A stretch of DNA of 64,000 nucleotides from an uncultured cyanobacterium (GTDB taxonomy: Bacteria; Cyanobacteriota; Cyanobacteriia; PCC-9006; JAAUQQ01): NCBI GenBank assembly GCA_963718615.1, contig OY970368.1, forward strand, positions 5,056,001 through 5,120,000, given 5' to 3'. Below the pieces are notes generated by a model. The model was not told the DNA's origin. It ran no database searches and was given only the letters and a program-made list of their open reading frames with translations. The translations under genes were made by a program, and so were the position numbers. Shown piece after piece: positions 10,796 to 18,967 of this stretch; positions within the stretch are counted from its first letter, which is position 1; each line of letters opens with the position of its first letter.

Positions 10796-11904
10796 CCCGC
10801 GAACGCCAAGGAGAGCCTGAAAAGGTCCTGAGGGATCTGTTGGAGGGAACCGTGGTGGCGGTGCAGGCCAATTTTTACCAGGTTCAATTTGCCCAGGGAA
10901 CAAGCCTGCTGTGCACTCGGCGATCGCGTCTCAAGAAAATGGGTCAGCGGGTGATGGTGGGCGATCGCGTCCAGGTCGAAAAACCCGATTGGGGAGGCGG
11001 ACGCGGGGCGATCGCGGCGGTCTTGCCGCGCCGTAGCGAGCTCGATCGGCCTCCGGTTGCTAATGCGGATCAAATTTTGTTGGTGTTTGCCCTCGAAGAA
11101 CCGACCCTTGATCCCCATCAGCTCACGCGCTTTTTGGTGAAGGCGGAATCCACGGGATTAGAGATTTTGTTGGGGTTGAGTAAGGGGGATTTGCTGAGTG
11201 AAGCGCAGCGTCAGGACTGGCGCGATCGCCTAACAAATTGGGGCTACCCGGTCTATTTTCTCAGTCTGTTTCAAGCCGATGAATTTGACTCATTGCAACA
11301 GGCCCTTGTCCAAAAGATCACGATTGTTGCGGGTCCATCGGGGGTGGGCAAGTCGAGTTTAATCAATCGCTTAATTCCTGATTTAGCTTTGCGGGTGGCA
11401 GCCGTCTCCGGCAAGCTTGGGCGCGGACGACACACCACGCGCCATGTGGAATTGTTTGAACTGCCCCAGGGCGGACTGCTGGCAGATACCCCCGGCTTTA
11501 ATCAACCCAGTTTTGACTGCGGACCCGTGGAATTGGGACAATTTTTCCCGGAGATTCGGCAACGACTCACGCAGCAGTCTTGCCAATTTAGTGACTGTCT
11601 CCATCGGACAGAACCGGGCTGCGGCGTGGGCAAAGACTGGGAACGTTACGGGGATTATCTAACGCTGCTGGAAGAGGTGGAGCAGGGCTATTGGGCGGCG
11701 CGGAGCCAGCATACTAGCGAGGCTGGAGTAAGGGAAAAAGTGGGCAGTGATGGCCAGGTACAAATTGAGCCCAAGTTGATCCAAAAGCGATTTCGTCGTC
11801 AATCTCGCCGCTCTAAGCATCAAGAATTTGCCCATTTAACGGGCAGGATGGAGGATGTGAGGCGGTCCTTGGATGAAGAGGGAGGGCTAGATGCTGATGC
11901 TTAG
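10792..11904 (+). CDS. rsgA: small ribosomal subunit biogenesis GTPase RsgA
   Basis: GPSGVGKSS, GRHTT, DTPG, CQFSDCLHRTEPGC zinc motif. Confidence 0.95.
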   Translation: MTRERQGEPEKVLRDLLEGTVVAVQANFYQVQFAQGTSLLCTRRSRLKKMGQRVMVGDRVQVEKPDWGGGRGAIAAVLPRRSELDRPPVANADQILLVFALEEPTLDPHQLTRFLVKAESTGLEILLGLSKGDLLSEAQRQDWRDRLTNWGYPVYFLSLFQADEFDSLQQALVQKITIVAGPSGVGKSSLINRLIPDLALRVAAVSGKLGRGRHTTRHVELFELPQGGLLADTPGFNQPSFDCGPVELGQFFPEIRQRLTQQSCQFSDCLHRTEPGCGVGKDWERYGDYLTLLEEVEQGYWAARSQHTSEAGVREKVGSDGQVQIEPKLIQKRFRRQSRRSKHQEFAHLTGRMEDVRRSLDEEGGLDADA

Positions 11905-11951
11905 GAGGGAGGAGATGTAGATGTGGGCGCACTTGGGTCTGAAGGTTGGTC

Positions 11952-12650
11952 CTAAGGCAGAGATTTTGGGAAGTAAGTTTTGAGAAAAGGCTCACGGCAC
12001 CCCAGACGTTTGAGTACAGCCAAACAGTCTCGATTGCGAATTTCCAGCACAAGGCTGGTGATCGCTTGGGCTTGCTCGGGTTGGGCGGTGATTGTTTGGG
12101 TCTGATCGACCTGACTCAGAAGTTGCTGTTGTTCCTCAGGTTTTCGCCGTAGGGCAAAATCCCTCTGGAAATAATTGCGTAGATAGTTGAGCCCAGAGAT
12201 AGGGGTTGCGCTCGGCTGCAAAAGTTCAACCTCAAGATCGGTTGTAAACGCGGCCAGTTTACCGCTTTGTCGTGCCGCAATTTGCTGGTAGGCCAGTTGA
12301 GTCAGGGCAAAGTAGAATTTGTCGAGGGGCACGCCAGCAAAGCCCAGATCGATATTTGCATTGACAAAGGCGGTAAATCCAAGACCTACAGTAATGGCCT
12401 TGAGAACGATATCGAGCGTGATGGGAGTCTGGAGGCTAGCGGGATACAGAAGCCACAGGCAGGCCATGGGCAAGAAAAGCTGAAGGAGCACCCACCACCA
12501 AAGGCCAATAGATTTCCAGGGGGCGAAGAAGGGCGATCGACAATCGCGGGCAAATTTTTCGTAGGCAATGAGCAGGTTAAACACACCTGTGAGCAAGGCT
12601 ACGGCGGCAACAGGAAGCCAAGTGCCAATCTGCTGCATGATCTGCTGCAT
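11952..12650 (-). CDS. hypothetical membrane protein (about 3 TM helices plus helical C-terminal domain), third gene of the CHAT operon
   Basis: ATG at 12650 overlaps the TAA of the upstream gene (TAATG); hydrophobic segments WLPVAAVALLTGVFNLLIA, LWWWVLLQLFLPMACLWLL, IVLKAITVGLGFTAFV. Confidence 0.75.
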   Translation of the reverse strand: MQQIMQQIGTWLPVAAVALLTGVFNLLIAYEKFARDCRSPFFAPWKSIGLWWWVLLQLFLPMACLWLLYPASLQTPITLDIVLKAITVGLGFTAFVNANIDLGFAGVPLDKFYFALTQLAYQQIAARQSGKLAAFTTDLEVELLQPSATPISGLNYLRNYFQRDFALRRKPEEQQQLLSQVDQTQTITAQPEQAQAITSLVLEIRNRDCLAVLKRLGCREPFLKTYFPKSLP

Positions 12651-13348
12651 TAACGGTTGCCTCGCCTTGCCCATTGAATGGGGGGGTGGAGATGAAAGTA
12701 GCCTTTTGAGGTGAGGGAAAGGAAAAGCTTGGATGAAACGGGTTGTTGGCGGTATTGGCGATCGCGCAATCCCGGCAAAACCGTATAAAGCATGGGCGCA
12801 GAGAGTTGATCGATGTACCCTTTTCTCCAAAGCGATTGAACTAGAGCTTTGGTTTGGTCGAGGGGTTGATTGAGGCGATAGGCTAAGTCTTGAGGGCGTA
12901 GCGGGTGCTGGGAGAGGGCTTGTAGGATCGCGGTTTGGATTTGGTGAGTGGTGGTTTCTCCGCAAGATTGCGAAGCGATCGACTCTGACATCTGAGTCAG
13001 TAACGTTTCGACTTGCTTGGCCAAAGCATTCGCGATTTGCCCTAAGCCATTTAGGGGGCCAACGCTATCGGCGACTAAAACAGCACTCTTGGCACGTTCT
13101 TGAGCACTATAGTTGCGCTTGCGTTGTTGCAGCGCTTGACCATAGGCCTGGTCGATGCTGGAAGAGGACTGCACGAGCTGGCAGAGCTGCTGCGCGGACC
13201 CAGGGGCTTGGTTTTGCCAATGTCGAATGGCCTCTAGGAGTTGAGTGAGTTCCTCACCTGAAATATCTGTGGCAAATTGCTCTAGGGCATCTTGCAGCAC
13301 AGCCAGATCGATCTGGTCTTTGCTCAGATTTTCGGGGGAAACGCTCAT
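12650..13348 (-). CDS. hypothetical protein: N-terminal helical domain ending Y..QERAKS, C-terminal winged-helix-like domain
   Basis: ATGA overlap with the CHAT gene stop; ILQALSQHPLRPQDLAYRL...LVQSLWRKGYI...LSLTSKG resembles a wHTH (inference). Confidence 0.7.
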   Translation of the reverse strand: MSVSPENLSKDQIDLAVLQDALEQFATDISGEELTQLLEAIRHWQNQAPGSAQQLCQLVQSSSSIDQAYGQALQQRKRNYSAQERAKSAVLVADSVGPLNGLGQIANALAKQVETLLTQMSESIASQSCGETTTHQIQTAILQALSQHPLRPQDLAYRLNQPLDQTKALVQSLWRKGYIDQLSAPMLYTVLPGLRDRQYRQQPVSSKLFLSLTSKGYFHLHPPIQWARRGNR

Positions 13349-16300
13349 GCGCTAATGCCTCCAGTGAGAATAAAGCCGGCCCAGTAGAAGGGATCCATGT
13401 AGGGCTGGGGTGCTGTTGTCATTTTACCCGGATTCTTTGCCCAGTCCTCTTCAAGCAGGATTTGTTCGGCTTCGAGTTCCTTGCGCCAGTGATAGCCCAA
13501 GTTGCCTCTATTTTTCAAGTCTGAAATCCAGGCAATCAGGGCTGGGTACTCAATTTCTCGGAGCCATTGTTGGGCTTGGTGAAGGGCGGTTCCAGGACTG
13601 CTGCCCTCCAAGAGAATCTGATAAAACCGGATCACAAGCCAGGTGCTGGCGATTTCGTCCACTTGCCAGAGGGTGCTGAGGACGTTGGCGGCTCCGGCTT
13701 TGAGGAAGGCGCTGGTGAGGCCGACGTATTCTTGGTCGAGGGTTTGGTTGCCGCTGAGGGCGGTTTCGCAGGCGGCGATCGCGGCCAGACAGTAGGGTTT
13801 GAGGTTGAGTTGGGCGATCGCCCGAGCATCCATCAAGCCATCGCTAAGCTGAAGGGCGGATTGCTCGGGCTGGCGGTAGTTGTGGGTGCCGTGGCCGGTG
13901 AAGTGGAAGAAGCCCTGATGGGTTTGGAGAGCTGCGGTGATGGCGGTTTGGGTCACGTCATCGGCGTCGAGGGTGGGGCCGTTGGGCAGGAGGGCTCGGA
14001 GGATGGCGGCTTCGAGGGCGGAGTAGAGCAGCGGCGGTTGGCTCAAGTCGGGGTCTTGGACGATGGGGTCTTTGATGCAGAGGAGGGCGGGGTCGTTCGG
14101 CAGGGGCTGCGCTTGGGCTTGGAGGCTGAGGCCGGTTTGGAGGCTGGGCAGGTAGGTGCAGCGGTATTGGTCGTCGAAGCATGCGTGCAGCGGGAAGCAG
14201 TGGAGGTCGCGGTGGGGGATGAGGATGAGGTGGTCGATGTTTTGGCCAGTTCCCTGGCCAGCTCCCTGAAGATATTGGGTTTCGATTTCGGGGAGGCCGA
14301 GGAGGTCGCGAAGCTCTTGGATTTGGGCACTGAGGCCGGTGCGCCAGGGGTGGGTTTTGCGTTCTGTGGCGGTGATGTCTTTGCCTTTGGCGCGGTAGTC
14401 GCGGTAGTGGGCATCCCAGGTTTTGCGCCAGGTGTTGAAGCAGTGCTGGCGGTGGCGCAGGGCGGCGGGGTCGGGGTCGAGCAGGATGGGGTCGGGGTGG
14501 TGGGGTAGGAGCAGGAAGGTTGTTAAGGCATCTGTGCTTAGGTGCCAATACACCACTGCGGCATGGCCTGGTTTGGGCGGGGACGAACGCGGTTCGTCCG
14601 TACGGTGGTGGGTTGGATTGGCAATTAATTGCCGTAGGGTGGCGTGGCTGGGGCTGGTGATGGTTTCTTGCCAGTGGTCGAGGATCCAGGTGAGGCGGCG
14701 GTTTTTATAGAATTCGGCGGTTTCGAGGGCGGCGATGGGTTGGCCCTCGGCGATGAGGCTATCGACAGCGATGTGGCTGAGGCCGCTGAATTGGGTTTCG
14801 AGGCGTTGTTTGGCTTGGGTTGTGGGGGCTTGGTTGAGGAGGGTTTGGAAGAGGCGGAGGGCTTCGATGCGGTATGCCGTGGCATTGGTGGGTTGGTGGA
14901 GGGTGAGGCAGAGGCGGATGAGGCTTTGTAGGACTTCGAGGCGGAGGGGGAGGATTTTGGGGGTGTCTGGGTGATTTTTGGGGAGGGTTTCGGGGGTGAG
15001 GAGGGTGAGGGCGGTTTGGTAGGCGGTGAGGGCTTGGTGCCAGCACTGGCGGGCTTGGGTGGGGTTTCGTTCGTTATCGGCGTGGTGGTTGCCCTGAAGG
15101 CGGTGGGTTTCGCCGAGTTGGTGTTGCAAGTAGCCGTGGCCGAGGGGATGGGTGGGGGCGGGGCATTGGCGCAGGCCCTCCTGCAGGCTGGCGAGTTGGC
15201 CGGGGTAGCCGCGTTTGTTCAGGTGAGGATTGTTGAAGCGGAGGGCGGCGGGGGTGTGGGGATGGGCTACGCTGGGGGTGGGGGCGGCGAAGGTGGTTGT
15301 ACCTACGCTATACGTAGAGCTTTTGGCAGCGATGCCCCGGTTGGTCCAGGCTTCGTGAAAGTCCGGTTTGATTTCGAGGGCTTTGTCGGAGCTGGCGATT
15401 GCTTCCTCATATCGACCTAAATGATCACATAGGGTTGCTCCCCGGTTGCCCCAGGCTTCGTGCAAGTCCGGTTTGATTTCGAGAGCTTTGTCGTAGCTGG
15501 CGAGCGCTTCCTCATACCGGCCTAAGTTATCGAGTGAATTGCCCCGGTTGGTCCAGGCTTCGTGAAAGTCCGGTTTGATTTCGAGGGCTTTGTCGGAGCT
15601 GGCGAGCGCTTCCTCATACCGGCCTAGGTTTCCGAGTGAAACGCCCCGGTTGTACCAGGCTTCGTGAGAGTCCGGTTTGATTTCGAGGGCTTTGTCGGAG
15701 CTGGCGAGCGCTTCCTCATACCGGCCTAAGTTATTGAGTGAATTGCCCCGGTTGGTCCAGGCTTCGTGAAAGTCCGGTTTGATTTCGAGGGCTTTGTCGT
15801 AGCTGGCAATCGCCTCCTCATCGCGGCCTAAGTTAGCGAGTGAATTGCCCCGGTTGGTCCAGGCTTCGTGATCGTCCGGTTTGATTTCGAGGGCTTTGTC
15901 GGAGCTGGCGAGCGCTTCCTCATACCGGCCTAGGTTTCCGAGTGAAACGCCCCGGTTGTACCAGGCTTCGTGAGAGTCCGGTTTGATTTCGAGGGCTTTG
16001 TCGGAGCTGGCGAGCGCTTCCTCATACCGGCCTAAGTTATTGAGTGAATTGCCCCGGTTGGTCCAGGCTTCGTGCAAGTCCGGTTTGATTTCGAGGGCTT
16101 TGTCGTAGCTGGCGATCGCTTCCTCATACCGGCCTAAGCTTCCGAGTGAAATGCCCCGGTTGGTCCAGGCTTTGTGGTCGTCGGGTTTGAGTTTGAGGGC
16201 TTTGTCGTAGCTGGCGATCGCTTCCTCATACCGGCCTAGGTTTCCGAGTGAAACGCCCCGGTTGTACCAGGCTTTGTGAAAGTCCGGTTTGATTTCGAGA

Positions 16301-17202
16301 GCTTTGTCGTAGCTGGCGAGCGCTTCCTCATACCGGCCTAGGTTTCCGAGTGAAACGCCCCGGTTGTACCAGGCTTCGTGAGAGTCCGGTTTGATTTCGA
16401 GAGCTTTGTCGTAGCTGGCGAGCGCTTCCTCATACCGGCCTAGGTTTCCGAGTGAAACGCCCCGGTTGTACCAGGCTTCGTGAGAGTCCGGTTTGATTTC
16501 GAGAGCTTGGTCGGAGCTGGCGAGCGCTTCCTCATACCGGCCTAAGTTATCGAGTGAATTGCCCCGGTTGGTCCAGGCTTCGTGAAAGTCCGGTTTGATT
16601 TCGAGGGCTTTGTCGGAGCTGGCGAGCGCTTCCTCATACCGGCCTAAGTTAGCGAGTGAATTGCCCCGGTTGGTCCAGGCTTCGTGATAGTCCGGTTTGA
16701 CTTCGAGAGCTTTGTCGTAGCTGGCGATCGCTTCCTCATACCGGCCTAAGTTGAAGAGTGAAAGGCCCCGGTTGTACCAGGCTTTGTGGTCGTCCGGTTT
16801 GATTTCGAGGGTTTTGTCGTAGCTGGCGATCGCTTCCCCATAACAACCCTGCCCAAAAAGCGCATTGCCTTTCCCTAACCACCGCTCCGCCGTATCCAAG
16901 ACGCCAGTCAACTCAGCTTCCCGCTGTTGCACCTGCCGCTCCAAAACCTCCATCCGCCGCACCGCCACCAACCCCGTATCTACCCCAAACGACTCCGCCG
17001 TCTTTAGGGTCTCCAACGCCTCTTCATACTTCTCCTCCTGAGCCTGCTGCCAAGCCAACCGCAACCAAAAATCCTCATCACTCGGCCCCTCCACCGAAGA
17101 ATCAGACAAAGGCTTCTGTAGCCCGCTCTCTGACCACTCTGGGCTCTCAGCCTCCGGCACCGCCTCAACCCGCTGCTCCCGCTTCCCAAACGGCCACACC
17201 AT
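13345..17202 (-). CDS. TPR-repeat CHAT (caspase-like) protease
   Basis: About 15 TPR units followed by a CHAT domain with LILIPH..LH..P, FHFTGHG (His), AACET (Cys), STLWQV and WAGF; ATG at 17202 (MVWPFGKR). Confidence 0.92.
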   Translation of the reverse strand: MVWPFGKREQRVEAVPEAESPEWSESGLQKPLSDSSVEGPSDEDFWLRLAWQQAQEEKYEEALETLKTAESFGVDTGLVAVRRMEVLERQVQQREAELTGVLDTAERWLGKGNALFGQGCYGEAIASYDKTLEIKPDDHKAWYNRGLSLFNLGRYEEAIASYDKALEVKPDYHEAWTNRGNSLANLGRYEEALASSDKALEIKPDFHEAWTNRGNSLDNLGRYEEALASSDQALEIKPDSHEAWYNRGVSLGNLGRYEEALASYDKALEIKPDSHEAWYNRGVSLGNLGRYEEALASYDKALEIKPDFHKAWYNRGVSLGNLGRYEEAIASYDKALKLKPDDHKAWTNRGISLGSLGRYEEAIASYDKALEIKPDLHEAWTNRGNSLNNLGRYEEALASSDKALEIKPDSHEAWYNRGVSLGNLGRYEEALASSDKALEIKPDDHEAWTNRGNSLANLGRDEEAIASYDKALEIKPDFHEAWTNRGNSLNNLGRYEEALASSDKALEIKPDSHEAWYNRGVSLGNLGRYEEALASSDKALEIKPDFHEAWTNRGNSLDNLGRYEEALASYDKALEIKPDLHEAWGNRGATLCDHLGRYEEAIASSDKALEIKPDFHEAWTNRGIAAKSSTYSVGTTTFAAPTPSVAHPHTPAALRFNNPHLNKRGYPGQLASLQEGLRQCPAPTHPLGHGYLQHQLGETHRLQGNHHADNERNPTQARQCWHQALTAYQTALTLLTPETLPKNHPDTPKILPLRLEVLQSLIRLCLTLHQPTNATAYRIEALRLFQTLLNQAPTTQAKQRLETQFSGLSHIAVDSLIAEGQPIAALETAEFYKNRRLTWILDHWQETITSPSHATLRQLIANPTHHRTDEPRSSPPKPGHAAVVYWHLSTDALTTFLLLPHHPDPILLDPDPAALRHRQHCFNTWRKTWDAHYRDYRAKGKDITATERKTHPWRTGLSAQIQELRDLLGLPEIETQYLQGAGQGTGQNIDHLILIPHRDLHCFPLHACFDDQYRCTYLPSLQTGLSLQAQAQPLPNDPALLCIKDPIVQDPDLSQPPLLYSALEAAILRALLPNGPTLDADDVTQTAITAALQTHQGFFHFTGHGTHNYRQPEQSALQLSDGLMDARAIAQLNLKPYCLAAIAACETALSGNQTLDQEYVGLTSAFLKAGAANVLSTLWQVDEIASTWLVIRFYQILLEGSSPGTALHQAQQWLREIEYPALIAWISDLKNRGNLGYHWRKELEAEQILLEEDWAKNPGKMTTAPQPYMDPFYWAGFILTGGISA
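15335..16840 (-). repeat. about 15 near-identical 102-bp tandem repeats encoding TPR motifs
   Basis: Recurring ...ccaggcttcgtg...gtccggtttgatttcgagggctttgtcg...cttcctcataccggcc at 102-bp period. Confidence 0.95.
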
Positions 17203-17289
17203 CGCCCCATCTCCCACCAATACCTCCCCGCATTCTCCCAGAGATACCCCAGCCCGTCCGCGTATTTTTAATAACCTTCAAGAAACCCA
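17161..17289 (-). repeat. direct repeat copy 1 (CHAT gene 5' end plus upstream region, about 130 bp)
   Basis: Aligns with 17817-17945 and, in its core, with 19563-19604 (ccccagccc..ccgcg.atttt.aataaccttcaa.aaaccc). Confidence 0.85.
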
Positions 17290-17360
17290 AATATTTCTCC
17301 AACCCAAGCCCCGGCCCAGATACCAAGCTAAACACCAGGTATTTATCTCAAATACCCGCC

Positions 17361-17456
17361 TCACCTTCCAGAATCAGAAAACACCCGGTGTCTGCGGTAG
17401 TCTAGTGAGTCGGTTATGAACCATAACAGGGCGTGGGTGTCGAGAAGTACTTTCAT
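17361..17456 (-). pseudogene. truncated PIN-domain (VapC-type) toxin
   Basis: ATGA overlap with the antitoxin stop; MKVLLDTHALLWFITD, then VapC-like sequence is lost and a stop follows after 31 aa. Confidence 0.85.
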
Positions 17457-17695
17457 TCCATGTACTCCCGAAAATCGTCGAGCGGGGCATTAAAGTCGGG
17501 GAGGATGCGGATGAGTCCTCGGGCAGAACCAGGTATGCGACGCTCTTGCGAGGCGGGTTTTAGTTCATGTCCGATCGCGTCGGTTGGTTGGGGGGCTTGG
17601 ATGTTGAGGAGGAAATCAATAAAGTCAAGGACGAGTTTGGCGAGGGGATCGGGGAGTTGGCGGAGTTTGGCGATCGCGGTTTCGTGGGTGTTCAT
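17453..17695 (-). CDS. DUF2281-type antitoxin
   Basis: LRQLPDPL..VLDFIDFL and C-terminal PGSARGLIRILPDFNAPLDDFREYM. Confidence 0.85.
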   Translation of the reverse strand: MNTHETAIAKLRQLPDPLAKLVLDFIDFLLNIQAPQPTDAIGHELKPASQERRIPGSARGLIRILPDFNAPLDDFREYME

Positions 17696-17816
17696 CGGTC
17701 TGTATGGATTGAGTTTGGAGTGCTCTCTATTTTAGCGTTTGTCCCTCAGGCCCAGAAGCACCCATTCTGTGTTGTCCAGGCATCTCGTCGTCCGTTTTCA
17801 ACTCCCGCTACGCCCC

Positions 17817-17945
17817 CGCCTCAACTCGCTCCGCCCGCTTCCCAAACGGCCAAACCATCGCCCCAGCTCCCGCAAAAACCTCCCCGCATTCTCCCAGAGA
17901 TTCCCCAGCCCATCCGCGTATTTTCAATAACCTTCAACAAACCCC
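17817..17945 (-). repeat. direct repeat copy 2, containing a dead copy of the CHAT gene start (MVWPFGKRAERVEAGA*)
   Basis: ATG at 17858; homologous to 17161-17289; in-frame TAG after 16 codons. Confidence 0.85.
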
Positions 17946-18124
17946 AAGCATCCCACCCGCATCCGCATCCGCCCAAAGCAAGACCCCAGAAGGTTCACCC
18001 AACCACTTTGGAACCTACCCCAGCCTCCGCAAACCCCTGGGGTCTGTCCACCCCAGCCCCCGCAAACCCCCGAGGTCTGAACTAATGCTAGCCTTAGCTC
18101 AATACCCTTTTCATCTCCCAGACC

Positions 18125-18385
18125 ATGACCGCCAAAGACCGACTCCTCCAAGAACTTGACCAAACCCCAGACTTCCTCATCGAAGAAGTCCTTCACTTTC
18201 TTCTCTTCCTCAAAAACCGCCTCTTCAACCGCCCCCCACAACCCAACACGCCTAAAGAAGACAGCCTCCTCAATTGGGTCGATCGCTTAACCACCCAAGT
18301 CCCAGAAGCCGCTTGGCAACAAGTCCCCACCGACCTCGCCCAAAACCTCGATCACTATCTCTACGGCTCCCCCAAAGAATCGTGA
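18125..18385 (+). CDS. antitoxin-type small protein (DUF2281-like N-terminus, DLAQNLDHYLYG tail)
   Basis: LLQELDQTPDFLIEEVLHFLLFLK; PTDLAQNLDHYLYGSPK is typical of VapC-associated antitoxins. Confidence 0.8.
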   Translation: MTAKDRLLQELDQTPDFLIEEVLHFLLFLKNRLFNRPPQPNTPKEDSLLNWVDRLTTQVPEAAWQQVPTDLAQNLDHYLYGSPKES

Positions 18386-18608
18386 AAACTTTGTCACACA
18401 AGCGATTACTCGTTCAGACATAGAAGTCATCGCAAAGTCTTCGGAGTTGTTTCAGCAGTCTTTGTTCCTCTACACACAACGGCCAGATCAAGACTGGAGT
18501 CAAACCGACTGCGCCTCATTTGTACTGATGCAACAAAACAGCATTACAGAAGCACTGGCCTACGACAAACATTTCGAGCAGGCTGGATTTATTGCCCTTT
18601 TACGCTAA
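18382..18608 (+). pseudogene. internally deleted PIN-domain (VapC-type) toxin
   Basis: GTGA overlap with the antitoxin. GTG AAA ACT TTG start is joined out of frame to the C-terminal half RPDQDWSQTDCASFVLMQQNSITEALAYDKHFEQAGFIALLR*. Confidence 0.85.
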
Positions 18609-18622
18609 AGAAGCAAACGCAT
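18605..18622 (-). pseudogene. 5-codon stub of a VapC-type toxin (MRLLL*)
   Basis: TGATG overlap with the antitoxin 18622-18870 stop; MRLLL is the canonical start of MRLLLDTH toxins. Confidence 0.65.
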
Positions 18623-18870
18623 CAGCCCTCGAACAAACTCAGAATTTCATCAGGTAGAGGTGCATCAAAATCATCCGGTACGACAAACTCACCCGCACAT
18701 AGACCAAAAGGCCGAGAAGTCGCTTCAGGCGCTGCCGTCCGCACTTCACCTGTTTCCACCCGAAACGACCAGATCCCTCGCCTTAAGAGAGCAAAAATCT
18801 TCAAAAGAATCTCGACCATTCCCTCGGGAGCTTGTAACAGTTCTTGGATCAGTTGCTCTCGTGGTGTCAT
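18622..18870 (-). CDS. DUF2281-type antitoxin
   Basis: REQLIQELLQAP and RPFGLCAGEFVVPDDFDAPLPDEIL..FEG. Confidence 0.85.
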   Translation of the reverse strand: MTPREQLIQELLQAPEGMVEILLKIFALLRRGIWSFRVETGEVRTAAPEATSRPFGLCAGEFVVPDDFDAPLPDEILSLFEG

Positions 18871-18967
18871 GGGCCTAGACGGTCAATCCTGTTTGTTAGG
18901 CTAGCATCCATCACCGGAACAGCGCTAGAACTTTGGGCAAGAAACACCCGTTGTTTAAGAGAGGAGA

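Noticed and set aside
12651-12965. Extended N-terminus of the 337-aa ORF 11952..12965
   Set aside because: Overlaps the upstream gene in another frame; the TAATG-coupled ATG at 12650 is the more plausible start.
13567-15420. Long alternative-frame and antisense ORFs over the CHAT domain
   Set aside because: Shadow ORFs caused by extreme C-ending codon bias; low-complexity products.
15335-16840. CRISPR array or DGR template/variable repeats
   Set aside because: Contiguous in-frame 102-bp coding repeats with no unique spacers; no reverse transcriptase or cas genes in the window.
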